DNA of 64,000 nucleotides from a virus (IMGVR_UViG_3300027833_000035:8896-72895); one strand, 5' to 3'; positions 8,581 to 18,113 are shown, counted from the stretch's first letter. Notes: generated from the letters alone by a model not told the origin. Numbers and translations are program-made.

Positions 8581-10692
8581 TTATTCACTCACTATAGTTT
8601 TAATAATACCCCAGTTGTCATCAAACTCAATGTCTTGGTATGGAATTGATCCAAAGTCTGGAGACGATATAGTTATTGCAGGCGGATTTCTATATCCTAA
8701 ACCTGCGTCGGTTATTGTTATTGATTGAATATCCCCGTTATTACCAACATTTGCTATGGCAGTTGCCTGAGTCGACGTTGGTGCGGAGATGTTGATTGCA
8801 GGAGCGTTCGCGTAAAACTTACCTGCATTATTTATTGTAATTGAGTCTATGACTCCATTTACTAACGTTGGCGTTAATGAAGCAGCAAATGTTGACGGAA
8901 TATCGTCAGGTGGATCAATCGTAACAGTTGGTGCTGTGGTATACCCAGATCCACCAGAAGTAACATCAATAGAAATAACTTCGCCATCGGTCACGGTAAT
9001 TGCAGCTACTGGAAGATCCTTATCAAAGTTCTTAGTAAATAAATCACCAGTTCTTGCAGTCGTTGGGATCGTATATGGATCGCCACTAGAAGCCGTAGGC
9101 ATATCACCGGTTGTTTCCCAAGTTACGTTATCTAAATATCCAAGGAAGCTTCTGTTAGCTCCATCAAATACTGATTCATTACCTTGAGCATCACCAGCTC
9201 GATATGTATGTCCTGGGAATGCAACGTTGCCTGCTCCACGTGTTTCTTGCGTACCATATAAACCATTAACGTTAATACGAATAAGATTTGTGTAATGCTC
9301 TACCTCTACGTGGTTCCATTGGTTGAGGACCAAATCAGTATCAGAAGTAACAACAGGAGAACCACCATATTGGAACCTAACGTTACCTGTATCAGCGGTA
9401 AAGAATATTTTTGTAAATGGCGCAAAGAGTACTGACATTGGATTATTACCACCCGGAAATGATGTTGGGTAAATCCAAAACGATACTTTGTATCCAGTAT
9501 TAGAATTGAAATACGCAGAGAATGAATGTAAAGTCGTAACATCATTTTCACTACTATGAGCTAATGCATCATCACCAAACTTAAACTCTGCAGCCACGTT
9601 TGGAGGTGGAGCTATTGAAAACGTTGGATTATTATAGAAATTCCCTGGGTTTGATATAGATACGTTAGCAACAGAGCCGCTGTTTAATGTGGCAGTCCCC
9701 GTAGCAGTTGTTACAGGGCTGTCTGGAAGCCCTGCAGTGACCGTTGGTAAATTACTGAAGTATCCTCCACCATCATTGATTGTTATATCAGATACTGCCC
9801 CGTTTGTTATCGTAGATGTTATGTCTGCGTTCGCTACGTCAGGTGCGCCAATAGTAACAACCGTATTTGCATTATAGTTTTCACCATCATTAGTTAACGT
9901 GATACTCCCTACAGTTCCTGTCGTCAAGGCTGATACTGCGGTTGCTGTTACGCCGACTTCAGTTATTGGAGTATTTGCAGATGATAAACCGGGCTGAATA
10001 TCAATACCTTCTATGAATGGAGAATTAGTATCGGTACCATTAAACATATCAACATCAATAAACTTAATAATTTGTTTCTTTTTCTCTGGTCCAAAATAAT
10101 AACCTTTAAGCGTAAAGGTAAGGGTATGTAAAACCATTTGTCTTTCATCAAACGCACCTTCATAAAGATCCTCGATTGTTACGCTGTTTAAAATAACAGG
10201 TATATCAATAGGATCTAAATCTGGTATCATCTTGGCGCCAACGGTCCAATCTGGTGTAAAGAATGGTATAATTTGTTCTAATATTTTAGTAGCATCTTCT
10301 GAATACTTTGTCATAATGTATAGAGAAAAATCTAAATTATATGGAACAGGATTATATACGTAAGGTCGAGCATCATCTGTTTCTGATTTACCGCGTTTAA
10401 TCATTTTACCTGTTGTTGCTAATTTTCTCTGAGGATCATACATAATGTTTTGTATTTCAAAAGACATTCTTGGTAACGTCATAGCAGGTCTACGACTATT
10501 AATCAAATCAGGATCTGCAGCTACTCTTGCTAATATTTTTTGATATGGCGCATAGGCTAATGGTACAATCATTTCCTTTTTAAGTACACCAGCATTATCT
10601 TGTCTTTGGATCTTTAACTGATTAAACAGTGTTCCAAATAACGCTACGTATTTTCTCGTAGTTGAATTATAAAAATAATTTGCGATTGCCAT
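8581..10692 (-). CDS. gp15: Tail sheath stabilizer/terminator (T4 gp15-like) with a large inserted region including a LamG/ConA-like domain
   Basis: N-terminal YFYNSTTRKYVALFGTLF, VPLAYAP, LPRMSFE, PVPYNLDFSL and EQIIPFFTP are gp15 motifs. About 450 extra residues carry ITxxxGxxY-type repeats and a FWIYP...LNQWNHV...GYLDNV segment. Confidence 0.9.
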   Translation of the reverse strand: MAIANYFYNSTTRKYVALFGTLFNQLKIQRQDNAGVLKKEMIVPLAYAPYQKILARVAADPDLINSRRPAMTLPRMSFEIQNIMYDPQRKLATTGKMIKRGKSETDDARPYVYNPVPYNLDFSLYIMTKYSEDATKILEQIIPFFTPDWTVGAKMIPDLDPIDIPVILNSVTIEDLYEGAFDERQMVLHTLTFTLKGYYFGPEKKKQIIKFIDVDMFNGTDTNSPFIEGIDIQPGLSSANTPITEVGVTATAVSALTTGTVGSITLTNDGENYNANTVVTIGAPDVANADITSTITNGAVSDITINDGGGYFSNLPTVTAGLPDSPVTTATGTATLNSGSVANVSISNPGNFYNNPTFSIAPPPNVAAEFKFGDDALAHSSENDVTTLHSFSAYFNSNTGYKVSFWIYPTSFPGGNNPMSVLFAPFTKIFFTADTGNVRFQYGGSPVVTSDTDLVLNQWNHVEVEHYTNLIRINVNGLYGTQETRGAGNVAFPGHTYRAGDAQGNESVFDGANRSFLGYLDNVTWETTGDMPTASSGDPYTIPTTARTGDLFTKNFDKDLPVAAITVTDGEVISIDVTSGGSGYTTAPTVTIDPPDDIPSTFAASLTPTLVNGVIDSITINNAGKFYANAPAINISAPTSTQATAIANVGNNGDIQSITITDAGLGYRNPPAITISSPDFGSIPYQDIEFDDNWGIIKTIVSE

Positions 10693-10696
10693 ATTG

Positions 10697-11374
10697 TTAA
10701 TCCTGTATAGAAATGTTTTCGCTGAATGGGTCCATTTCAGAGAAGTCTAATATATCATCTGCTTGTTCCTCAAAATCAAGGTTATTAGCAAGTGGGTCAA
10801 CACCTTGTAATGATGTAAGAGATGTAACCGTGTTTGCTGATGTATCAATGTCTGCAAAATAATTATCAATTTCATAATAACCAGTATCAAACGTTTCACC
10901 AGAGTATTCAGCCAATTCGCATCTCATATCATATACTTGTAATGCACCTGTTTGGTAGAACACACTTTCATGTTCAACGTGTTGGATCTTATACATTTTT
11001 TGATTGAGTGGCATCCAAATCATTTCGCCTTCAAGCGGACGTAATCTCGTATCTTGTTCACGTGTAACGTATTGTTCAAAGGTACGTATAGCAACTGTAA
11101 ATGTAATTGAGTCACGAATTTGTAAACCAAACTTAGATAAGAAGTCGCCTTCGCCTTCAAATCCGTCAACGTTCTTAATGTATACTTCAAAATCATAATA
11201 CTTATCAAACGTTGGTAAGTCGTCTTCATTTAAAATTTTATCAATGTTTTCATGTAATCTTGTAATGAATTTAACATCTATACCATAAATCTTAATTGAC
11301 TCAATAACTAAATCGTCAATTAAATTTTGTTCGTATACATTGTCGTGGTTTCTAAAATATGCGTTCGTTGCCAT
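10697..11374 (-). CDS. gp14: Neck protein (T4 gp14-like)
   Basis: EQNLIDDLVIESIKIYG, GFEGEGDFLSKFGLQIRD, RPLEGEMI and FYQTG motifs. Confidence 0.94.
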   Translation of the reverse strand: MATNAYFRNHDNVYEQNLIDDLVIESIKIYGIDVKFITRLHENIDKILNEDDLPTFDKYYDFEVYIKNVDGFEGEGDFLSKFGLQIRDSITFTVAIRTFEQYVTREQDTRLRPLEGEMIWMPLNQKMYKIQHVEHESVFYQTGALQVYDMRCELAEYSGETFDTGYYEIDNYFADIDTSANTVTSLTSLQGVDPLANNLDFEEQADDILDFSEMDPFSENISIQD

Positions 11375-11377
11375 AAC

Positions 11378-12121
11378 TTATCCAATAAAATTGTAGGTAA
11401 GAGGTTGAAGTGATCGTATTGCGTCTTCTTCTATTCTTTCTCTGTCAGCTCTTGCCTCTGATAATATTTGCTCTCCGTTAAACTGTACTCCACCAACCAA
11501 AGTCATCTGATTAAATTTAGTAAGGTTCATACCCCATTGTTCTCTGACTAAAACTGCTGCGTAATTCTGCAGCCATCTGTCTGTCCATAATTCAGCATAT
11601 GCATCTTCGTCTAAAATGTCGTATGCTTCAATAATAATATAGTTTCCAACGACCCACTGTTTAGTGTCAGTGTCGATGTGTAATTTGTTTACATACTTAT
11701 TATAACGTATCATTGGTTTACCAACAAGTAATTCTTGCATAAACTCAATATGTTGCATTGTCATGTAATAAGTCTGCATAGAATAACTGGTCATATCTTG
11801 TATGTTATTTAAAACGAATTGATAATTAACATTAAACATACCAGTACCTGTAGAAATATTAGTATCAAAACCAAATATTTTTGAAATACCTAGCAGACCT
11901 TTTGGCAGAGGAACGTATCCGTTATCTTTATCGGCTTGAGTAATTTCATGCTTAAGATAAACTAATTGACTACCATTATAATGATAATCTCTCCAAAAAG
12001 AAATAGCTTCATCTACACGATCGTCAACTTGTTCATCAGCGACGTTAATCTGAATTACCGGCGCACCGATCTTTCTTAAAATAAAATCTTTAAAATCTTC
12101 TCTGGAATGAGGCAGTGCCAT
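11378..12121 (-). CDS. gp13: Neck protein (T4 gp13-like)
   Basis: ILRKIGAPVIQINV, WLQNYAAVLVREQWGMNLTKF and GGVQFNG motifs. Confidence 0.94.
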   Translation of the reverse strand: MALPHSREDFKDFILRKIGAPVIQINVADEQVDDRVDEAISFWRDYHYNGSQLVYLKHEITQADKDNGYVPLPKGLLGISKIFGFDTNISTGTGMFNVNYQFVLNNIQDMTSYSMQTYYMTMQHIEFMQELLVGKPMIRYNKYVNKLHIDTDTKQWVVGNYIIIEAYDILDEDAYAELWTDRWLQNYAAVLVREQWGMNLTKFNQMTLVGGVQFNGEQILSEARADRERIEEDAIRSLQPLTYNFIG

Positions 12122-12124
12122 ATC

Positions 12125-12457
12125 TTATCCTAACTCTTCTCTAATGATTATTTTGATATATCCTGAGTTAGGAAACGTTTCAATTTGACCATTAGTATAT
12201 GTTACTTGAAATTCAGCATTATGAATTCCTGTGTTTGATGTATCGCCTGTCTGCCAAGGATAAGATACAATACCCTTCGTAGCATTAATAATGGATGCAG
12301 TACCCAAATTAACTAAGCTTGAGCCTTCTTCTGTCGACATATTAAACTTAATTTGCGAGGCAAGTATCAATGATTTTGCTCGGCCAGTTGAGTCTGTTAA
12401 GACGGCTTCAATAGACGGGGCAGTGTCGTTTTGCTTTATGTAAAAATTTGCCGCCAT
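12125..12457 (-). CDS. BppU N-terminal-like virion adaptor protein
   Basis: FYIKQNDTAP...GIVSYPWQTGDT...AEFQVTY..G.IETFP pattern resembles BppU/DUF2479-type domains. Confidence 0.65.
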   Translation of the reverse strand: MAANFYIKQNDTAPSIEAVLTDSTGRAKSLILASQIKFNMSTEEGSSLVNLGTASIINATKGIVSYPWQTGDTSNTGIHNAEFQVTYTNGQIETFPNSGYIKIIIREELG

Positions 12458-12497
12458 GTGTTTATCTCCAAGGTTTACTTTTATTTATTAAAATAAA

Positions 12498-13088
12498 TTA
12501 GTTTCTTACTTCAGCATAAGTTAAACCAATATTTTTTAGTTTTATATCGTTCGGTTCTGATGCTCTACGTATGAGAACATTATTTTCTTTAGTATTTGCT
12601 AGTTCTATTGAATTAAAACCAGATCGTGCTCTGTTTGAAAGCGTATAATTAATTACTTTTGAATTAAGTGCAAACCCAAAAGCTCCTGTAGTTTGACCCA
12701 ACGAGAACTGAGCCATGGTACCAGATATTGTAATCGGAAATGTTATATCCGCAGTACCAGCAATTATTGAAAAACCACTCGAGGACGAGGTAAAGTTGAT
12801 TTCATTATTACCAGAATATAAGTAACTCTGAATACCAAACTCAATTCGAGCAGGCTCTGTTAATGTAAAGTCAATGTTACCGCTAAATTCGCCATATACC
12901 GTCGGCGTTACAATACCAGCCTGAACATCAAATGTTAGTGTTTGATCTAATTCAGCAAGTACTGGTACAAAAACATCAGAACTAAATATATAGTCAAATG
13001 TACTAGAAGCCCCTCCAGCAATAGTTGAATAACCACCGCCAAAGAAGCCGAAATCTAATGTTGATGTAAATACGCCATTTGCGGACAT
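12498..13088 (-). CDS. Hypothetical virion protein (beta-rich)
   Basis: 196-aa ORF rich in F/T/S/G, in a late operon. Confidence 0.55.
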   Translation of the reverse strand: MSANGVFTSTLDFGFFGGGYSTIAGGASSTFDYIFSSDVFVPVLAELDQTLTFDVQAGIVTPTVYGEFSGNIDFTLTEPARIEFGIQSYLYSGNNEINFTSSSSGFSIIAGTADITFPITISGTMAQFSLGQTTGAFGFALNSKVINYTLSNRARSGFNSIELANTKENNVLIRRASEPNDIKLKNIGLTYAEVRN

Positions 13089-13099
13089 TTATTTAGTCC

Positions 13100-13507
13100 T
13101 TATGCGCCACCGGCTGTAATTGAAAATGTTGTTATAGTAATCTGCTGACCAATAGCAATGTTAGTGTTATCTAACTGCATATCGCCACCAGCGCCTGATG
13201 CTGATATTGTACCTTGCATATGGCATACTGTTCCATCACTTTGGTGAATTCTAAAATAACCCGCTGTACCTGATGCATCAGCAGATAAGTCTTGCCAATT
13301 ACCAGATAACTGAATTACACCACCTGATGGTACTGCTAACCATTCGGTAGGCAATATCATAGTTGCAACAATGTTACCAGTGTTTGCTGATGAACATTCT
13401 GTTGGTGACGCACCTGTTGCGATAGTTAAAATGGGGTTTGCACCGACTGTTGTCTCTAATGACTGAAGTGTACCATTACGAGCTCCCGGCGATAACTGAA
13501 AAGCCAT
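13100..13507 (-). CDS. Putative small virion structural protein
   Basis: ADASGTAGYFRI...GDMQLDNTNIAIGQQITIT pattern typical of phage structural proteins; GGAG SD and late promoter upstream. Confidence 0.6.
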   Translation of the reverse strand: MAFQLSPGARNGTLQSLETTVGANPILTIATGASPTECSSANTGNIVATMILPTEWLAVPSGGVIQLSGNWQDLSADASGTAGYFRIHQSDGTVCHMQGTISASGAGGDMQLDNTNIAIGQQITITTFSITAGGA

Positions 13508-13540
13508 CTTTTTCTCCTTTGTTTCAATATTATTTTTATA

Positions 13541-13548
13541 TATTTATA
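13541..13548 (-). promoter_or_regulatory. T4-type late promoter for the neck/tail/terminase unit
   Basis: Exact TATAAATA on the minus strand, 33 nt upstream of the ATG at 13507. Confidence 0.75.
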
Positions 13549-13557
13549 AAAAAAGAG

Positions 13558-13585
13558 TTGACATATAATTCCAGTGTGATATAAT
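13558..13585 (+). promoter_or_regulatory. Consensus sigma70-type promoter with no sense gene downstream
   Basis: TTGACA (13558-63), 16-nt spacer, TATAAT (13580-85), with an extended -10 TG at 13577-78. Confidence 0.55.
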
Positions 13586-13612
13586 AGATTTATCTACTAA
13601 AAAACAATAATA

Positions 13613-14386
13613 TTATCTTCTTTCAATATCTTCTTCTGATAAGGTATTTCCCATCCATACTTCAATTACTTTGACTGGACAGTCTCCAACATTCGTTGCA
13701 TGGTGCCAACATTTGACTGGAATATCAATACTGTCACCAGTCTTATATACTTTAGATGTAGAGTAACCATTGTTAAACTGTAAATCCATTTTTAATTCAC
13801 CATCAACGATATGCCAGTGTTCAGAACGAACGAAATGTCGTTGGTCCGATAAAGATTTACCAACATCAACTGATAACTCTTTTACTTTCCAATGACCGTT
13901 TTGATCCAATTCTCTGTATTTACCCCATAGTCTTTGTGTTGTTGGCTTATCCCATTCCTTTAAGATCCATGAAGAACTATTCTTTTTATCATTACCGCCT
14001 ACACCAAACGCGAATGATATGTTACATTCATCACGTAATTCTTTAGCAAACTCAACCTCTGGTGTTGTTCCCTTTTTACGATCGCCACCATTAGCAAATA
14101 GAATTTCTGCGCCTCTAGGAGCTTGTTTTGCTACATATCGAATAGCATCACAGGCCGTATCATCTGAGTCATCAAAAGTAAATACGTGACCTACACAACC
14201 AATCTCTTTAATAATTGCCATACGTTCTTCAACAGACATAAATGGTTTACCCTTTTTACGAGTTAACCATTCATCACTATTAACGCCAACAAATAGAATT
14301 GAACCCATTTCCTTAGCCGCTTTAAAATATTCAATATGTCCGGAATGAATTGGATCAAATCCCCCGGTTACTAATACTGGTTTCAT
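13613..14386 (-). CDS. Cytidylyltransferase-like (HIGH) domain fused to a mannose-6-phosphate isomerase type II-like cupin
   Basis: VTGGFDPIHSGH, GVNSDEWL.RKKG and FANGGDR, then RLWG.Y...LSDQRHFVRSEHW...WH...VIEVWMG..LSEEDIER. Start MKPVLV overlaps the upstream stop (ATGA). Confidence 0.85.
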   Translation of the reverse strand: MKPVLVTGGFDPIHSGHIEYFKAAKEMGSILFVGVNSDEWLTRKKGKPFMSVEERMAIIKEIGCVGHVFTFDDSDDTACDAIRYVAKQAPRGAEILFANGGDRKKGTTPEVEFAKELRDECNISFAFGVGGNDKKNSSSWILKEWDKPTTQRLWGKYRELDQNGHWKVKELSVDVGKSLSDQRHFVRSEHWHIVDGELKMDLQFNNGYSTSKVYKTGDSIDIPVKCWHHATNVGDCPVKVIEVWMGNTLSEEDIERR

Positions 14387-15615
14387 CTTCTCTCCTTCAT
14401 CATATAATCCCAAGCAAAGTTGGTCTCTTTATTACTGCGCATGTCTGGTCTAACAAATCCAGGATGTACCCACCAATCTTCATACGCGTTAGTTTCATCA
14501 ATAGCAATATTTGGTACTAATAATATATATCCAATTTCTTGCAGTATTTTTCTAGTTTTATCTTTTAAGTCTGATCCCCACCAACACTCGTTATGTTGGA
14601 TTTGAATTACCGAAAACTCATATTCATTAAACGGTATATTTTCTAATGCTACTAAAGAAGCGTTATCTGAGTTGATACGTAAAAAATCTATTTGATTTTC
14701 TATACAGTTTTGTTTAAATAAATCTTTAAAACTAACTTGACCTGCGTCAGCGAGTACTGCGGTTGTATTACGTTTCCTACTAAAGATGGCACACATCCTT
14801 TCAGAAATATCAACCGATAAACCTTTCCAACCAAAGTCTTTCTCTAATAGATATGTATTATTAAATAGTGTTGGGTGACCTGATCCTATTTCAACAAAGG
14901 TGCCATTTCTTTTACCATTTAAAGTAGATAAAACAAACATATCTTGGAGATGGCGAGAATAATTCTTTGTTACTTTATCTAAACCATCAAACTTATATCT
15001 GTATTTGTTTTCTTCAGCTTCAGTATATGGCAGTGTACTAGGATACCCTACTTGACTAATCCACCAATCAACGCTTTCACGCATTTCTTTATTCATATCT
15101 AATTTGCGTTTATGTTTTAAATTAAAGAACAGATTTTTAGAGTCATCGCGTCCATCTGATTTCCATTTAGATATAGCATAACAATAATCTAAACCAACGC
15201 GCCCTGGATAGTTTAATTCAGAATTTGGTTCAACGTCTTCACAATCTAAACCCATCTTGGCGTACATCGCTGAGTCTCTAAAATTACTTTGGTCTATTGA
15301 ATATTTAGCTGCCCAATAATAAGCCTCTTGTCTTGTAGGTAAAACCGATATGGCAGCTTTGATTAAACCGTTAACCGTTTGATTTCTGGCTTCTGATCTG
15401 GCAAATAACGCTGAACCTAGGACCATACATTTATATTGAAGTTCTTTTTCTTCATATGTTTCGCCTTCAGAAAAATCAGCAGCACGTAAATACCAGCCAA
15501 ATGCTGCAGCGCCTTGTTTTAATTTATCATATTCTTTTGCCAACTCAAACATTTTAAAAGGATTATCGTAATCCATTATAACATCATGTAGTACTTGTTT
15601 ATTTTTAAATATCAT
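14383..15615 (-). CDS. TPR-like domain plus FkbM-like (Methyltransf_21) SAM-dependent methyltransferase
   Basis: Helical N-half (AFGWYLRAA, PTRQEAYY). C-half has QDMFVL...GTFVEIGS...NNTYLLEKDFGWKGLSVD...IDFL...EDWWVHP. Confidence 0.72.
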   Translation of the reverse strand: MIFKNKQVLHDVIMDYDNPFKMFELAKEYDKLKQGAAAFGWYLRAADFSEGETYEEKELQYKCMVLGSALFARSEARNQTVNGLIKAAISVLPTRQEAYYWAAKYSIDQSNFRDSAMYAKMGLDCEDVEPNSELNYPGRVGLDYCYAISKWKSDGRDDSKNLFFNLKHKRKLDMNKEMRESVDWWISQVGYPSTLPYTEAEENKYRYKFDGLDKVTKNYSRHLQDMFVLSTLNGKRNGTFVEIGSGHPTLFNNTYLLEKDFGWKGLSVDISERMCAIFSRKRNTTAVLADAGQVSFKDLFKQNCIENQIDFLRINSDNASLVALENIPFNEYEFSVIQIQHNECWWGSDLKDKTRKILQEIGYILLVPNIAIDETNAYEDWWVHPGFVRPDMRSNKETNFAWDYMMKERR

Positions 15616-16655
15616 ATTTCACCTAATTGTAAAAAGTTAGCGAATACTGTTTTAGGCAGTTTTAATACATAAGAAGCATTATCCTGCCATCCAAAGGATA
15701 TTAGAATATCATCGCCTACCATCGTAACACCAGTAACAAATTCAATATTATAATCCTGACCTTTTACGTGGTCGTAATACGTTCCCATAAAATGGAATTC
15801 TCTAGACTTGTGAACAATATTCCAATCATTATCCCATATGATTACGCGATGAGCGTAATTGCCGTCTTTTCTACCAAAAGAATCTCTTAATAAATTTGTT
15901 TCGTGGATAAAGGCCATACGCTGTTTATCATTAATACGAATGACTTGTGATCCACCTCTAAAGTCTTTGTTAGCTTCTATGTATTTTTCTTTGTCGTATA
16001 TTGCATCTTCAGTTGTACCTGTTTCAATATCGTATTTAACCACCTGTGTTGGATTAGTCCATTTAATAAAGTGGTATGGCATATCAAGTACAGGCATCCA
16101 ATTCTTTTCGCAATATGATTTATCGCCATTTGGAGAAGGAATAGGATTACGAGAAACCTCTGTCCATTCACCATCAATAAATTCAATCTCTGCCATTTCC
16201 ATACGTCCACGGCCTTTATCATCATAGCAATCTCTGCGTACACCGCAAAGAAACATCCTGTCTTCCCAACTAAATAGTCGGCAATCTTCGAGGCCAATAA
16301 AGTTCCATGTTGGTTTACCAGTATCTAAAGCCATATTAACACGCTGCGCGTTAACCATATTTAAATTACTATCAAGTTCACACATAACGTTATGGGTTGT
16401 AAGTGTTACATCATTTTCTGGATGTATGTATACTAAAGGACCCCACTGATGAGGAAACTTTTTACCTTCACTATGATACAGATAATAGTTAACGTGTCTT
16501 ACGTTAATAAAGAGTTTATCTTTGTGTTGAAAAATTGAGGGGTTCATAATCCCAGTTTCATTACCCAACACCTCAGTTGGAATGATAATAGGATGGATTG
16601 AACCACCTCGTTTTAAAGCATATGTGGCTAAACCACCCATGTGCAAATCGTGCAT
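15612..16655 (-). CDS. Beta-propeller glycoside hydrolase/phosphorylase-like protein (GH130/GH43-like)
   Basis: NPSI, GLEDCRLF, EKNWMP, RGGSQ and IEFVTG...ISFGWQD motifs. Confidence 0.65.
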   Translation of the reverse strand: MHDLHMGGLATYALKRGGSIHPIIIPTEVLGNETGIMNPSIFQHKDKLFINVRHVNYYLYHSEGKKFPHQWGPLVYIHPENDVTLTTHNVMCELDSNLNMVNAQRVNMALDTGKPTWNFIGLEDCRLFSWEDRMFLCGVRRDCYDDKGRGRMEMAEIEFIDGEWTEVSRNPIPSPNGDKSYCEKNWMPVLDMPYHFIKWTNPTQVVKYDIETGTTEDAIYDKEKYIEANKDFRGGSQVIRINDKQRMAFIHETNLLRDSFGRKDGNYAHRVIIWDNDWNIVHKSREFHFMGTYYDHVKGQDYNIEFVTGVTMVGDDILISFGWQDNASYVLKLPKTVFANFLQLGEI

Positions 16656-16684
16656 AATAACTCCATAATATAAAGTTTAATAAA

Positions 16685-17020
16685 TTACCAGTTAGGGGTA
16701 ATCATAGTCATTGTATTTTGTTCAACCTTTGAGTCTAGAATAGTATTTATAGTGACAACCTTATCGGCGCCTAATGCTTCTTCTACCCACTCGATAACGT
16801 TGGCTTTGGTAACATCGTCTAATGCAATGTAATCTGCAGCCGATGTAGTTGTTAAGTCAAGCTTCGTAGTCGAAACATAGCTTGCCTTTTTGTTTGCCTC
16901 GTTGGTTGCAATCTTTTTCCATTTAACAGAAATGATAGCATCTGATAAAACTTCGCCTGCACCATTAGTTTGGTCTAATGTACCAAGCTTTAGTATTTCC
17001 CAAGTGTAAGTCATGCTCAT
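16685..17020 (-). CDS. Small hypothetical phage protein, paralogue of 17025-17414
   Basis: TYTWEI..L...DQ.N.AGE.L..AI..V.W...YIALDDVTKANVIEWV aligns with the neighbouring gene. Confidence 0.7.
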   Translation of the reverse strand: MSMTYTWEILKLGTLDQTNGAGEVLSDAIISVKWKKIATNEANKKASYVSTTKLDLTTTSAADYIALDDVTKANVIEWVEEALGADKVVTINTILDSKVEQNTMTMITPNW

Positions 17021-17024
17021 ACTC

Positions 17025-17414
17025 TTATTCTACTGGTGCTTCAGGTTCTACACCCCAAGGCAATTCAGGACCAGAAATTTCTGTACTAATCGCAGCATCA
17101 ATTACTTTTTGAATTTCTCCGTCAATATGCTCTTTATATTGTTGGTCAGCGTTAATTACTGCAGCAATCCATGCTGTTACGTGTGCTTCTTCTAATTCTT
17201 CAAAGGCTGTGAAAGAACCAGCTGGTACATTAGCAGCTGAGAAAGGTGTAGCGCCAGAGAAAGTACCAACTTGCCCTGCTTCATTTGTACCTTGAATTTC
17301 CCAGTAAGTTTGAACTACTGCATTTGTTAAAGTTTCGCCTGCCGCGTTTACCTGATCTTGTACCTTCAGGTTACGGACAGTATAAGTATATGTAAATGAC
17401 ATTATTGTCTCCAT
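17025..17414 (-). CDS. Small hypothetical phage protein of a type often found near tail fibres
   Basis: TYTYTV.NL..QDQVNAAGETL.NAVVQTYW...FTAFEELEEAHVTAWI...LPW. The start may be MSFTY at 17402, which has a GGAG SD. Confidence 0.7.
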   Translation of the reverse strand: METIMSFTYTYTVRNLKVQDQVNAAGETLTNAVVQTYWEIQGTNEAGQVGTFSGATPFSAANVPAGSFTAFEELEEAHVTAWIAAVINADQQYKEHIDGEIQKVIDAAISTEISGPELPWGVEPEAPVE

Positions 17415-17461
17415 TTATTATTAGTGTTTGATTAATCTTACACTTGTTTAAAATCTATTTC

Positions 17462-17469
17462 TATTTATA
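17462..17469 (-). promoter_or_regulatory. T4-type late promoter for the 17414-13613 unit
   Basis: Exact TATAAATA on the minus strand. Confidence 0.7.
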
Positions 17470-17470
17470 A

Positions 17471-18034
17471 TTAACCACCACGGTACAGATATAAATCAAC
17501 TGGTACACATATTCTAAGACTAGAATAGTAGGGGTTAACATGGTGATATGTAAAGCTTGGGAATATCATATAATCCCCAGTTCTTGGTGTTATTGCTTTT
17601 TTATCAAATACATTATTCCACCAATCATCATAACCGCGATTAGCGTTTGTTCTTGGATCTGAGAAAACAATATCACCGCCAGAGTTTTGGTCCTCGGCTA
17701 ATATATAAAACACACCAGACAAATGAGCGCCCGAGTGATTATGTATAGTCATGTTATAATCTTTACCATGACCAGTAATCCACGCTTTCATTTCATGCGC
17801 TTTATAATCTTGGATATGTTTTCCGATACTTGCATAGAGATAGCGGTCAAAAGAGCTATACACCATGTCTTTAAATTTATTCATTTCAGGTGAATTATCT
17901 TTGAATATATTTCCACCGTTTACTTCACCTTCCATGTTATTTAAATCATAGTTAGCAAAGATGTATTCTATCAATCCATCAGTATCAAATTTACCTGAGC
18001 CAATCTTTGTTGGCCACATTTCATTAAATTCCAT
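17471..18034 (-). CDS. Putative 2OG-Fe(II) oxygenase (TIGR02466-like)
   Basis: AWIT...HNHSGAHLSGVFY...GGDIVFSDPR...PRTGDYMIFPSFTYHHVNP...R motifs. Confidence 0.8.
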   Translation of the reverse strand: MEFNEMWPTKIGSGKFDTDGLIEYIFANYDLNNMEGEVNGGNIFKDNSPEMNKFKDMVYSSFDRYLYASIGKHIQDYKAHEMKAWITGHGKDYNMTIHNHSGAHLSGVFYILAEDQNSGGDIVFSDPRTNANRGYDDWWNNVFDKKAITPRTGDYMIFPSFTYHHVNPYYSSLRICVPVDLYLYRGG

Positions 18035-18059
18035 AGCACCTCTCCATAATATATAAATC

Positions 18060-18067
18060 TATTTATA
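18060..18067 (-). promoter_or_regulatory. T4-type late promoter for the oxygenase
   Basis: Exact TATAAATA on the minus strand. Confidence 0.65.
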
Positions 18068-18079
18068 ACATATAAATGG

Positions 18080-18113
18080 TTGACAAATTTACTTCTATAT
18101 GTTATTATAAATA
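18080..18113 (+). promoter_or_regulatory. Overlapping sigma70-like and late promoters driving the plus-strand rSAM operon
   Basis: TTGACA (18080-85), 17-nt spacer, TATTAT (18103-08), overlapping TATAAATA (18106-13). Confidence 0.65.
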
